64,000 nt of DNA from Planctomycetota bacterium (GTDB lineage: Bacteria > Planctomycetota > UBA8108 > SXIK01), in the NCBI GenBank assembly GCA_965223845.1, contig CBDCXR010000004.1:4811334-4875333 (forward strand), read 5' to 3'. Made by a program: the position numbers and the translations under genes. Under the pieces are notes generated by a model. The model saw only the letters and a list, made by a program, of their open reading frames with translations. It had not been told where the DNA came from and did no database searches. Positions 18,704 through 27,671 of this stretch are shown one piece after another. Position 1 is the stretch's first letter; each line of letters starts with the position of its first letter.

Positions 18704-21700
18704 ATGAAGCCCCTCTCGACGACTCCGTATCGCACACTTCTGCTGACCGCGCTCCTCGCCTGCGGATCGGTCGCGACGTTCGCCGCCGACTGGCCGATGT
18801 GGCGCGCCGACGCCGCCCGCACGGGGAATTCGACCGAGCAGCTCCCCGAGGAGCTCCATCTGCAATGGACGCTCACCCTCCCGCCGCCGCAGCCGGCGTG
18901 GCCGTCGAATCAGGACAAGCTTCAGTTCGATCGCCTGTACGAACCGATCATCGTCGGCGACACACTCATCGTTCCGTCGATGCTGAGCGATCGCGTCACC
19001 GCCTACGATCTCGCCTCGGGCGAGGAGCGCTGGCGCTTCTACGCGGGAGGGCCGGTCCGATTCGCCCCCGCCGCTTGGGGCGAGAGCGTGTACTTCGTCT
19101 CGGACGACGGCTACCTCTACTGCGTCTCGGTAGCCGACGGTAGCCTCCGCTGGCGCTTTCGCGGCGGTCCCGAGGACCGCTACATCCTCGGCAACGATCG
19201 CCTCGTGAGCCTCTGGCCCGCGCGCGGCGGACCGGTCGTCCACGACGGGACCGTCTACTTCGGAGCCAGCATCTGGCCGTTTATGGGGATCTTCATCCAC
19301 GCGCTCGATGCCGAGTCGGGTGCGGTGATCTGGACGAACAGCGGAAACGGCACCGACTACCTCACCCAGCAGCACAACAGCCCGGCCTTCTCGGGCGTGT
19401 CACCGCAGGGCTACATGGCGGTCCGCGGTGATCGACTCGTCATTTCCGGCGGCCGCACGATCCCGGCCGTCTACGATCGCCACACGGGCGAATTCCTCCA
19501 CTTTAACGTCGCGAGTCGAAAGATGGGCTCGAAGGGCGGCGGCGGCTACGAGGTCGTCGTCGGCGAGAACTTCTATCTCAACCGCGGCTCGATGTACCGC
19601 CTCGACAACGGCAAGTTCGTCGTCGCGATGGACGCGCTCATCGTCTCGCCGAACGCGATCATCGGAAAGGACAAGGAAGGCGTAGCGGCGTACCGCCCGC
19701 GGTGGGAAGAGAAGGTCACGAAGGACCGAAAGGGAAAGGAAACGAAGTCGATCGTCGTCAAGAAGATCTGGACGACCCCGGTCGACGAAGCTCTCGACGA
19801 GGTGTTCATCAAGAGCGGCACTCGCCTCTACGCAACGGGGAAGAACGGTGACATCGTCGCGCTCGAGCTACCGCAGCTCGACCGCGAGGCGGGCGTATCC
19901 TGGAGGACGAGCATCCCCGACAAGCCGCTCAATATGATCAGCGGCGGCGGTCGGCTCGTCGTGACGACGGATCGCGGCCGGATCTATTGCTTCGGCGCGG
20001 AAGACCGCGACCTGGAGATTCCTCCACTCGAAACGGAAGTCTCGATCATCCCGCGCGAATCGATCTGGAGCTACTTCGACCGCGGCGCGGCGCCGGAGGG
20101 TTCGTGGACGAGCAAGGCTTACGACGACTCGAAGTGGGCGAAGGGACCCGCGCAGCTCGGCTACGGCGACGGGGACGAGGCCACCGAGGTCTCGTTCGGA
20201 GAGAACGAAAAACAAAAGCATCCGACGACCTATTTTCGCCATCGCTTCGAAGTTCCGGCGGGGGTCGAGGTGAAGAGCGTGGAGCTGAGGGCGCTCGTCG
20301 ATGATGGCGCGGTGTTCTATTTCGATGGCGCCGCGATCGGTCGACTTCGACTCCCGGAAAAGGATGTGAAGTACTCGACGTTCGCCGAGAAAGACTCGGG
20401 AGACGAAAAGAAGTTCGAATCTGTGCCACTCGACGCGGCGCTGCTGACCCCGGGCGTCCACTGTATCGCGGTGGAGGTCCACCAGTCGAAAGCCGCGAGC
20501 TCGGACCTCAGCTTCGCGCTCGAGCTCAAGGCGAAGGCGGTGCTACCCGCATCGAAGCCGGCAAAACCGCCGAAGGACGAGTGGTCGCTCGCCGCGGGCC
20601 GCATCATCCGCCAATCGGGACGCCGCGAAGGGTACGCGGTCGTCCTCGGACTCGACTCGCCGCGGCTCGCGGAGGAGCTCGCTCTCCAGTCGCGACTCCA
20701 CGTCGTCGTGATCGACAGCGACGCCGAAGCGATCGCGGCGCTCCGGCGGCGGCTCGACGAGCTCGGACTCTACGGCTCGCGCGTCGCCGCGATCGTCCAC
20801 GACCCGCGCACCGTTCAGCTTCCGGCATACATGGCGGATCTCATCGTGCTCAGGCGGTCCGAATCGATGGGCGTTTTCGAGGACGTCGAAGCGCTCCGCC
20901 GTCTCTACGAGACTCTGCGGCCGTACTCGGGCGCGTTGGTCGTTCCGTCGAGCCGAACGCAGCACAACATCCTCACGCAACTCGTCGGCAAGGCGGCGCT
21001 GGCCGGAGCGACCGAAGAACGCGCGGGGCGCCTTTCGATCTTGCGGCGTACTCGCCCCGCCGACGGTGCGGCGGACTGGACGCATCAGTACGGAAGCGCG
21101 GCGAACACCGTCGCCTCCGACGACAGCCTCGTGCGGCTACCGCTCGGTGTCCTCTGGTTCGGCGGGCCCTCGAACGCGCCGATCCTCCCGCGCCACGGGC
21201 ACGGTCCGGCCCCGCAGGTCGTCGGCGGACGAGTTTTCATCGAAGGTCGCGACATCCTCCGTGCGGTGGACATGTACACGGGGCGACTTCTTTGGGAGCG
21301 AACGCTCAAGGATGTCGGAAAGAACTACGACTATACCTCCCACGAGCCCGGAGCGAACGCACTCGGAAGCAACTACGTCTCCCTTGCCGACGGTGTCTAC
21401 ATCGTCCACGCCGACAAGTGCCTCCGGCTCGATCCAGCGACGGGCGAAACGATGCTCACGCTCGCGCTTCCCGCCGAGCAGCCGGACGATTTCGACTTCG
21501 AGATCCCGCCGCGATGGGGCTATCTCGGCGCGTGGAACAACGTCCTAGTCGCCGGCGCGAAGCCGACGGATTTCAACTCGCCGGATTTCGAGAGCGGCGA
21601 CTTTTCGGGTCTCAAGGATGACCCTCTCAAGAAGGCCGTCGCGCGCGTCCGAGGCCTCATCGACTTCACGCCGATTCCGATGGACGGTGACGAGAAGAAG

Positions 21701-23992
21701 CAGGAAGTCCAGCGCAAGTACGTCTTCGAGAACATGAACAAGCTCCTTCGCGAAGCCGACATGGTCGCGAAGATCCCGCTCCGCACGCGGTACCGCGTCG
21801 ACGGCGAAAAGCTCGAGAAAGAGCTCGCCGACTACCTCGGGGATGAACCCGAGAAACGCTCCTCACGGCAGAAGGCTCTCGTCCTCAAGCGAAAGCTCCT
21901 CCACCTCTACTACGGCGGGGCGAAGTACGAAGAGAAACCCGCCGGCAAGTTCGACAGTCTCCGGGGCGTCGGCAGCAAATCGCTCGTCGCGTTCGACCGG
22001 CATACGGGGCGAACGCTCTGGGATCACGAGGCCCGATACCAAATGCGACACAACGCGATCGCCCTCGGCGGCGGGAGCGTGTTTTACGTCGATCGGCTCT
22101 CCGACGAGCGCGCGTCCTTCCTCAAGAGACGCGGACTGCCCGTAGACGAAGAAGCGACGGTCGGGGCCATCGACATTCGGAGCGGGGACGTCGTCTGGAC
22201 GAAGAAGGAGCGCGTCTTCGGGACGTGGCTCGGCTACTCCGAAGAGCACGATGTCTTGATCCAAGCGGGAAGTAAATTCCGCGATCGCTCGAACGACGAA
22301 GTCGGGAAGGGGATCGTCGCCTACCGCGGCGCGACGGGCGACGTGATCTGGCAGTCCGACGACGAATACGGCGGGCCGTGCGTCATTCTCGGCGATCAGC
22401 TCTTCACTCAGGGCGACAAGGACAAGCCGGGATTCATGATCGGTCTCCTCACCGGAAAGCGAACGCAGCGTCCGCATCCGCTCACCGGGCGGGACGTCGC
22501 GTGGGGGTACACGCGAAACTACGGCTGCAACACCGCGATCGGCTCGCCGAATCTCCTCACCTTCCGCTCGGCGGCGGCGGGTTTCTACGATCTCTTAAAT
22601 GACGGCGGAACCGGCAACCTCGGCGGGTTTCGGTCGGGCTGCACGTCGAACCTGATCCCCGCCGGGGGGATCTTGAACGCGCCCGACTACACGCGAACGT
22701 GCACCTGCTCCTACCAGAACCAAGCCTCGCTCGCTCTCATCCACATGCCGGACGTCGAAATGTGGACGTTCAACGCGTATCCCAAAGATGCGCACACGAT
22801 CGAACGCGTCGGCCTCAACTTCGGCGCGCCCGGGGACCGACGCGGGCCGGACGGAACGCTTTGGATCGACTATCCGAGCGTCGGCGGCACGTCGCCCGAC
22901 ATCTCGGTCGAAGTTCTGGGCGAGAAGCCGCGGTACTCACGACACCACTCGAGCCGCCTGCGGACGCGCGAGCTCAGTTGGGTCGGTGCGTCGGCGATCG
23001 AGACTGAAGGCGAGATCGCGATCAAGGTGAACTCGCCCGACGAGCTGATCGTCCCCGACGAGCTCGCGCGCGGCCCCGCGATCGTCGCGAAGCGCGCGAG
23101 CGTCTGGCTCGATGTTCCGGGCGGGGCCGTGCCGAAGACCGGACAGCCGAATGAACGCAGCCTCCGCAAAGCGAACGTCGCCGGCAAGCTCGAGGCAAGT
23201 CTACCCGGGCACGAGAGCCTCGCGGTCGCGAGCGTGACCGTCGAGATGTGGGGACGCGCCGACAGTGACTTCGACTTCGTCGACGCGCGAGTGAGCGACG
23301 AAAAGAAAAAGCACGGTTTCGTTGTCGACAACCGCGAGCTGCGTGCGCGCTACTACGTTCGCAACGAGGCCGGAGACGGCGCTGAGAACGTCGTCGAGAT
23401 CAAATCGAAGGAGAAGATTCCGGACAACAAGTGGGTGCACATCGCGTTCACCTACGACGACGGCACGGGGGTCGGCACGCTGTGGCTGAACGGCAAGGAC
23501 GTCGGACGCCACGACGGTCCCGACCGTCGGCCGCTGTGGTGGGCGAAGAGCGCTCCGAGCTACGCCATCGGAAAGGACGCCGAGAAAAGCGGCTGCGCGA
23601 TCGACGAGCTTCGCATCTCATCGGTGGCGCTCGCGCCGAACGAATTTCTCCTCTCATCGGATCCGGTGGCCGAGGGAGTCGGGGGAGCCGACGCCACGGT
23701 CGGGTACTGGCGAATGACGCCCGAGCCGAAGAGCGAAGCGAAGTACACCGTCCGCCTCGTGTTCGCCGAAATCGCCGACGTCGCCGTTGGCGAGCGGGTG
23801 TTCGACGTCTGGATCCAAGGCGAGAAGCGGCTCGAAGAGTTCGACGTCACCGCCGAATCGGGCGGCACGTGGCGAACCGTCGTTCGCGAGTGGACGGGCA
23901 TCGGCGTCGACGACTACCTGCGGATCCGGCTCGCCGCCTCCGGTAGCGGCGAGCTCCTGCCGCTCCTCAGCGGTGTTCAGGTGACGCGGTAG
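18704..23992 (+). CDS. Giant secreted multidomain protein: PQQ beta-propeller, jelly-roll insert, degenerate class-I SAM-methyltransferase-like domain, second PQQ propeller, LamG-like domain, C-terminal malectin-like domain
   Basis: Signal peptide MKPLSTTPYRTLLLTALLACGSVATFAADWPMW (ATG 18704). The upstream 86 codons of ORF-track 18446 are Pro/Arg-rich junk. PQQ repeats present (VTAYDLASGEERWRF, YLYCVSVADGSLRWRF). MTase-like segment GYAVVLGLDSPRLAEELA...VVVIDSDAEAIAALRRRLDELGLYGSRVAAIVHDP, at about nt 20590-20985. LamG-like (KWVHIAFTYDDGTGVGTLWLNGKDVG...IDELRISSVALAPNEF). Malectin-like C-terminus (YTVRLVFAEIADVAVGERVFDVWIQGEKRLEEFDV). 1762 aa. Confidence 0.8.
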   Translation: MKPLSTTPYRTLLLTALLACGSVATFAADWPMWRADAARTGNSTEQLPEELHLQWTLTLPPPQPAWPSNQDKLQFDRLYEPIIVGDTLIVPSMLSDRVTAYDLASGEERWRFYAGGPVRFAPAAWGESVYFVSDDGYLYCVSVADGSLRWRFRGGPEDRYILGNDRLVSLWPARGGPVVHDGTVYFGASIWPFMGIFIHALDAESGAVIWTNSGNGTDYLTQQHNSPAFSGVSPQGYMAVRGDRLVISGGRTIPAVYDRHTGEFLHFNVASRKMGSKGGGGYEVVVGENFYLNRGSMYRLDNGKFVVAMDALIVSPNAIIGKDKEGVAAYRPRWEEKVTKDRKGKETKSIVVKKIWTTPVDEALDEVFIKSGTRLYATGKNGDIVALELPQLDREAGVSWRTSIPDKPLNMISGGGRLVVTTDRGRIYCFGAEDRDLEIPPLETEVSIIPRESIWSYFDRGAAPEGSWTSKAYDDSKWAKGPAQLGYGDGDEATEVSFGENEKQKHPTTYFRHRFEVPAGVEVKSVELRALVDDGAVFYFDGAAIGRLRLPEKDVKYSTFAEKDSGDEKKFESVPLDAALLTPGVHCIAVEVHQSKAASSDLSFALELKAKAVLPASKPAKPPKDEWSLAAGRIIRQSGRREGYAVVLGLDSPRLAEELALQSRLHVVVIDSDAEAIAALRRRLDELGLYGSRVAAIVHDPRTVQLPAYMADLIVLRRSESMGVFEDVEALRRLYETLRPYSGALVVPSSRTQHNILTQLVGKAALAGATEERAGRLSILRRTRPADGAADWTHQYGSAANTVASDDSLVRLPLGVLWFGGPSNAPILPRHGHGPAPQVVGGRVFIEGRDILRAVDMYTGRLLWERTLKDVGKNYDYTSHEPGANALGSNYVSLADGVYIVHADKCLRLDPATGETMLTLALPAEQPDDFDFEIPPRWGYLGAWNNVLVAGAKPTDFNSPDFESGDFSGLKDDPLKKAVARVRGLIDFTPIPMDGDEKKQEVQRKYVFENMNKLLREADMVAKIPLRTRYRVDGEKLEKELADYLGDEPEKRSSRQKALVLKRKLLHLYYGGAKYEEKPAGKFDSLRGVGSKSLVAFDRHTGRTLWDHEARYQMRHNAIALGGGSVFYVDRLSDERASFLKRRGLPVDEEATVGAIDIRSGDVVWTKKERVFGTWLGYSEEHDVLIQAGSKFRDRSNDEVGKGIVAYRGATGDVIWQSDDEYGGPCVILGDQLFTQGDKDKPGFMIGLLTGKRTQRPHPLTGRDVAWGYTRNYGCNTAIGSPNLLTFRSAAAGFYDLLNDGGTGNLGGFRSGCTSNLIPAGGILNAPDYTRTCTCSYQNQASLALIHMPDVEMWTFNAYPKDAHTIERVGLNFGAPGDRRGPDGTLWIDYPSVGGTSPDISVEVLGEKPRYSRHHSSRLRTRELSWVGASAIETEGEIAIKVNSPDELIVPDELARGPAIVAKRASVWLDVPGGAVPKTGQPNERSLRKANVAGKLEASLPGHESLAVASVTVEMWGRADSDFDFVDARVSDEKKKHGFVVDNRELRARYYVRNEAGDGAENVVEIKSKEKIPDNKWVHIAFTYDDGTGVGTLWLNGKDVGRHDGPDRRPLWWAKSAPSYAIGKDAEKSGCAIDELRISSVALAPNEFLLSSDPVAEGVGGADATVGYWRMTPEPKSEAKYTVRLVFAEIADVAVGERVFDVWIQGEKRLEEFDVTAESGGTWRTVVREWTGIGVDDYLRIRLAASGSGELLPLLSGVQVTR

Positions 23993-24085
23993 CTGAACAA
24001 AAGCGCGCTTCCTCTCTAGTGAGACTTCAACGAGGCGCCTTGGTCGAGCCTTGCGACGGCAGAAGCCCGGGGGACGAAACCGCCG

Positions 24086-25690
24086 TCAGGGCACCCCGCG
24101 GCCGCGCATGCGGATCGCGACGCTGCCGGCGTTTGTCGAAATCAGTGAGGTGGCCTCGAACACGCCGGTCCGGGTCGGGTTGAACCGGTAGGTGAACTCG
24201 CAGTTCGCTCCGGGCGCGACGCCGCCAGCGCAGTTCTGCAACGCGCTGAAGTAGGGGCCGTTCGGTGCGCCTCCGGCGAAGTTCGCGAGCGTGGCGAGCC
24301 CGGTGTTCGCGATGCGCACGCTCTGGGCGGCGCTCGTCTCCCCAACGGGCACCGGGCCGAAGTCGAGTGCGAGCGGAGTCGCCCATACGCCGGCACCGAT
24401 GCCCGTCCCGCGCAGCTCGATGGTGAAACGTCCCGCGTTCGTGCTGACGGTCGACGTCGCGATGGCCTCGCCGACCCGGGTTGGAGCGAAGCGGTAAAAG
24501 AACTGGCAGCTCCCGCGGACGGGGACACCGCCGGCGCAGCTTTGCGTGGCGCTAAATTGATTTCCCGTCGGCCCGCCGCCGGCGAAGTCCGTGAGGAGTT
24601 CGAAGCCGGTGTTGCGGACGGTCACGACTTGAGGCGCGCTCGTAAAGCCGACCCCGATCGGGCCGAAGTCGAGGACAAGCGGCGAAACGGACTGGCTCAC
24701 GATCGCTCCGCGGTTCGAGCTGAAGCCCCGCATCGCGATCTCGAATGGTCCCGCGTTCGTACTCGACGACGATACGGTCTCGTAGGTTCCCCGAGCGTCC
24801 GGCTCGAACGTAAACGTGTACTGGCAGCTTGCCCCCGGAGGAACGCCGCCAGCGCAGTTCTGCGATCCTTGAAACTGCGTGTCCGGAGGCACCCCACCCG
24901 CGAAGTTCGTCAACGTTGAGAGTCCGGTGTTGCGGATGGTGATCGTGTGGGACGAGCTCTTCTGGCCGACCGAGACGTTTCCGAAGTCGATGGAGAGGGG
25001 GCTCACCGAGAGCGAGGGTCCGACGCCGGTCCCGCGCATCCGGATCCCGAAGGGACCCATGTTGGTCGACGAGAGCGAGATCGTCTCGAACTCACCGACG
25101 GCGGCCGGTGTGAACGTGAAGGTGTACTGGCAGGATCCACCCGGAGGAACACCGCCGGCGCAGTTCTGCGATCCTTGAAATTGAACGTCCGGAGGCGCCC
25201 CACCGGCGAAGTTGTTCAGGGTGCGGTTGCTCCGGTTCGTGATCTGGATCGACTGGGGCGGGCTCGTCACGCCGATCCCGACCGGACCGAAGTCGATCTC
25301 GAGCGGCGTCACGCGCACGCTGGGTGGTGGATCGGGGAGACAGTGCGCGTAGGCGGCGCAGTCGAGCGCGTCGCCCGTCGGGTCGGTGCCGCAAGCGGGA
25401 AACGGTGCCGGGGGCGGTTGGAGTCCGACGAAGAGCGCGTTCAGGATGCGCAGGCCGTCGGAGATGTCCGTTTCCCCGTCGTCGTTGGCGTCCGCCGCAT
25501 CGAGACACCGAAACGAGCCGATGTTCTGAAAGAGGAAGGTGAACACGTTTACCGCGTCTGCGATGTTGACCTCGCCGTCGGTGTTCGTGTCGCCTCGGAT
25601 GAACTGTGTCTGCGCGGTAAGCGGTGTGAGCGCGAGCAGCGTGATGCTCGCACCGATCGTCCGCGCAGCGATCGCCCTTCGTACTCGCAT
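24086..25690 (-). CDS. Secreted protein with N-terminal dockerin-type repeat pair and five tandem choice-of-anchor-D-like domains
   Basis: ATG at 25688-25690 preceded by GGAGG. Signal peptide (MRVRRAIAARTIGASITLLALTPLTAQ). Dockerin-like segments (GDTNTDGEVNIADAVNVF ... DANDDGETDISDGLRILNALF). Five ~95-aa repeats, each with FG(P/N)V.VG..S....TI.NTG...L..FAGG.P....F...QNCAGGV.PG.SC.(Y/F).F.F.P...G. ORF-track 24086..26242 is N-terminally over-extended by 184 codons. Confidence 0.8.
   Translation of the reverse strand: MRVRRAIAARTIGASITLLALTPLTAQTQFIRGDTNTDGEVNIADAVNVFTFLFQNIGSFRCLDAADANDDGETDISDGLRILNALFVGLQPPPAPFPACGTDPTGDALDCAAYAHCLPDPPPSVRVTPLEIDFGPVGIGVTSPPQSIQITNRSNRTLNNFAGGAPPDVQFQGSQNCAGGVPPGGSCQYTFTFTPAAVGEFETISLSSTNMGPFGIRMRGTGVGPSLSVSPLSIDFGNVSVGQKSSSHTITIRNTGLSTLTNFAGGVPPDTQFQGSQNCAGGVPPGASCQYTFTFEPDARGTYETVSSSSTNAGPFEIAMRGFSSNRGAIVSQSVSPLVLDFGPIGVGFTSAPQVVTVRNTGFELLTDFAGGGPTGNQFSATQSCAGGVPVRGSCQFFYRFAPTRVGEAIATSTVSTNAGRFTIELRGTGIGAGVWATPLALDFGPVPVGETSAAQSVRIANTGLATLANFAGGAPNGPYFSALQNCAGGVAPGANCEFTYRFNPTRTGVFEATSLISTNAGSVAIRMRGRGVP
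24090..25345 (-). repeat. Intragenic tandem array (5x ~290 nt) encoding choice-of-anchor-D-like domains
   Basis: Protein repeats 1 and 2 are near-identical over FAGGAPPDVQFQGSQNCAGGVPPGGSCQYTFTFTP / FAGGVPPDTQFQGSQNCAGGVPPGASCQYTFTFEP. Repeats 3-5 are progressively more divergent. Confidence 0.6.
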
Positions 25691-26186
25691 ATCCGACCCT
25701 CCTCTGCCGCCACGACGCGGCACGGGCGCACTCTCGCCACCGCTGTACCTTTCGATCCTCATTAGAGTATCGAGACGTTCGCAGGAGGAGTCCAGCGACA
25801 CGAGTACGGAGTTCGTGCATTGTACGCACGGAAGCTGAGCGCCGCTCAGACGAGCGTCGTCTTCTCCGGCATCGCGAATTCTTCGGTGGGGATATCGGGC
25901 AGGATCGAGCGCCGAGGATATTCGTACCGAGAAGAACTTCCTCCCGTTCGGCCAGATTGGATGCCGTCTCGGTGTCGGCAACGACCGTTCCGATCGCGGA
26001 CGCGGGATTGGCTGCTTCGGGTTGCGGGCCTCCGATGCAGGCTCCAAGCTACGGATGCCCGACCCTCCGAGCGAACCCCGCCGTCCACATGTCCGTTCGC
26101 CGAGGCGTCGCTCAAGAAACGGTGAATGCCTTCTCCGGTGGCGAACTCGCCAATCGTCACTCGCCCTCGAAAGGAGGGTATCCTCC

Positions 26187-27101
26187 GTGCAACCTCGACG
26201 GGTACTCCCCGGCGCCACGTATCTCATCACACGGCGCTGCACTCAACGACAGTTTCTCCTTCGCCCCGAGGAGAAGGTGAATCGCGCCGCGCTCTACTGC
26301 ATCGCTTATGCAGCGGCGGAAACCGGCGTCGAAATTCACGGTTATGTAGTTTTATCTAATCATTACCACCTGATCGCCACCGACACGGAGGTTCGACTCC
26401 CGAGTTTTCTTCTTCGCCTCAACTCTCTTCTCGCTCGATGCCTGAACGCGATGCGGTCGCGATTCGAGAACCTCTTCGACTCCTCAAAGCCGAGCTATGT
26501 GCGGGCGATCGAGCCGAACGACGTGATGCGCCAGCTCGTCTACACGATCTGTAACCCGGTGTCGTCGGGGCTCGTTTCCGACGCGAAGGATTGGCCCGGG
26601 GCGCGCAGCGCGCCGAGCGACCTCGGAACGACGATCTTCGCTGAGAAGCCGGACTGGTTCTTCTCGGACTTTATGCCCGAGGAGGTTCCACTCGCGATCA
26701 CGCCTCCCCCCTGTTTCGCAAGCCGCGATCTCGAAGAGTTCAAAGCGGAGCTCGAAGAACAGGTCGCCGAGCGTGAAACCGAGTGCCGCGCCGAAGTCGA
26801 GAGGGAAGGTCCGGGGTTCCTCGGCGCGAAACGGGTTCGAAGTCAGAGCCCAACCGACTCACCCCAGAGCTACGAAAAGAAGTGGAAGCTCTCGCCGACC
26901 ATCCAGGCGAAGCGACCGGAAACGAGAATCGAGGAGCTCCGGGAGCTCGTCGCGTTCCGAAAGCGCTATCGAGCGGCGCTCGAACAGTATCGCGACGGCG
27001 TAGAGGACGCAGTCTTCCCCGCCGGGACTTACTGGATGCGCGTCTTTCATCGCCAGAAGTGTGAACCGCTCTTCTGCGGAGCCGTGCCGGCGGCGCCGTA
27101 G
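26187..27101 (+). CDS. Y1 (HUH) tyrosine transposase-like protein, IS200-like/RAYT-like long form; solitary
   Basis: GTG at 26187 with a strong RBS (AAGGAGGG, 7 nt spacer). HUH motif YVVLSNHYHLIA. Catalytic-Tyr helix region QLVYTICNPVSSGLVSDAKDWPGARS. 304 aa with a long C-terminal extension. No TnpB or inverted-repeat ends identified. The first 55 codons of ORF-track 26022 look artefactual. Confidence 0.65.
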   Translation: MQPRRVLPGATYLITRRCTQRQFLLRPEEKVNRAALYCIAYAAAETGVEIHGYVVLSNHYHLIATDTEVRLPSFLLRLNSLLARCLNAMRSRFENLFDSSKPSYVRAIEPNDVMRQLVYTICNPVSSGLVSDAKDWPGARSAPSDLGTTIFAEKPDWFFSDFMPEEVPLAITPPPCFASRDLEEFKAELEEQVAERETECRAEVEREGPGFLGAKRVRSQSPTDSPQSYEKKWKLSPTIQAKRPETRIEELRELVAFRKRYRAALEQYRDGVEDAVFPAGTYWMRVFHRQKCEPLFCGAVPAAP

Positions 27102-27671
27102 GTCGCCCGAACGAACTCGTTCGCGTTCCGCGCGCGCCAACATCCGTCGCGCTGGCGAGGAGAGTCTGCTCACGAATCACAGAGTGGTGCTTGAGAAGTT
27201 GACGCCGGAAGGCAAGCTTTGTTGATTCGGAACGATTGGACGCGGCGGGAGCAGCTCGAGGCCGCCGCAACTCCCGTCAAAATAGTCATTTCAAACTACT
27301 CTTTGTCAGATAAACCCGGTTTCTTCGAATGATGACCGGGTTCCGGAGTGGCAAGAGTGGCAAAGGAGAAGAGTGGCACACGGGAATGGCCGAAGTTTCT
27401 CCGTGACAAACCCAGCCTCGCGGCATTCATCCCCTAAGCGCGGACTTTTCGCCAGATCCCGCCGGGCGAGCTCCGTCGACGAACCGCCGGCCGAAAACGG
27501 CCCCCTCGGGCGGGCAAGTTGTCGCGAACCCTCGACGATTCCCCCAAAATCGCCTGCGGTTCGCGTCGCTTCGAGGATGACTCGATCCTCGTTTTCGAAA
27601 CCGATTCTTGGACGGACTCCTCGCGATTCCACTCGCCCTCGTCCCACCTCCACTTCTCCCCCGGGAGCACC

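Noticed and set aside
23993-24085. Bidirectional terminator between the convergent giant gene and the choice-of-anchor-D gene
   Set aside because: Only a weak 6-bp stem (GACGGC...GCCGTC) with a 21-nt loop and no U-tract. Not convincing.
27230-27400. Possible tRNA or small structured RNA in the low-GC island
   Set aside because: No cloverleaf-compatible arms or a T-loop (GTTCRA) could be assembled by eye. Retained only as a hairpin/repeat finding.
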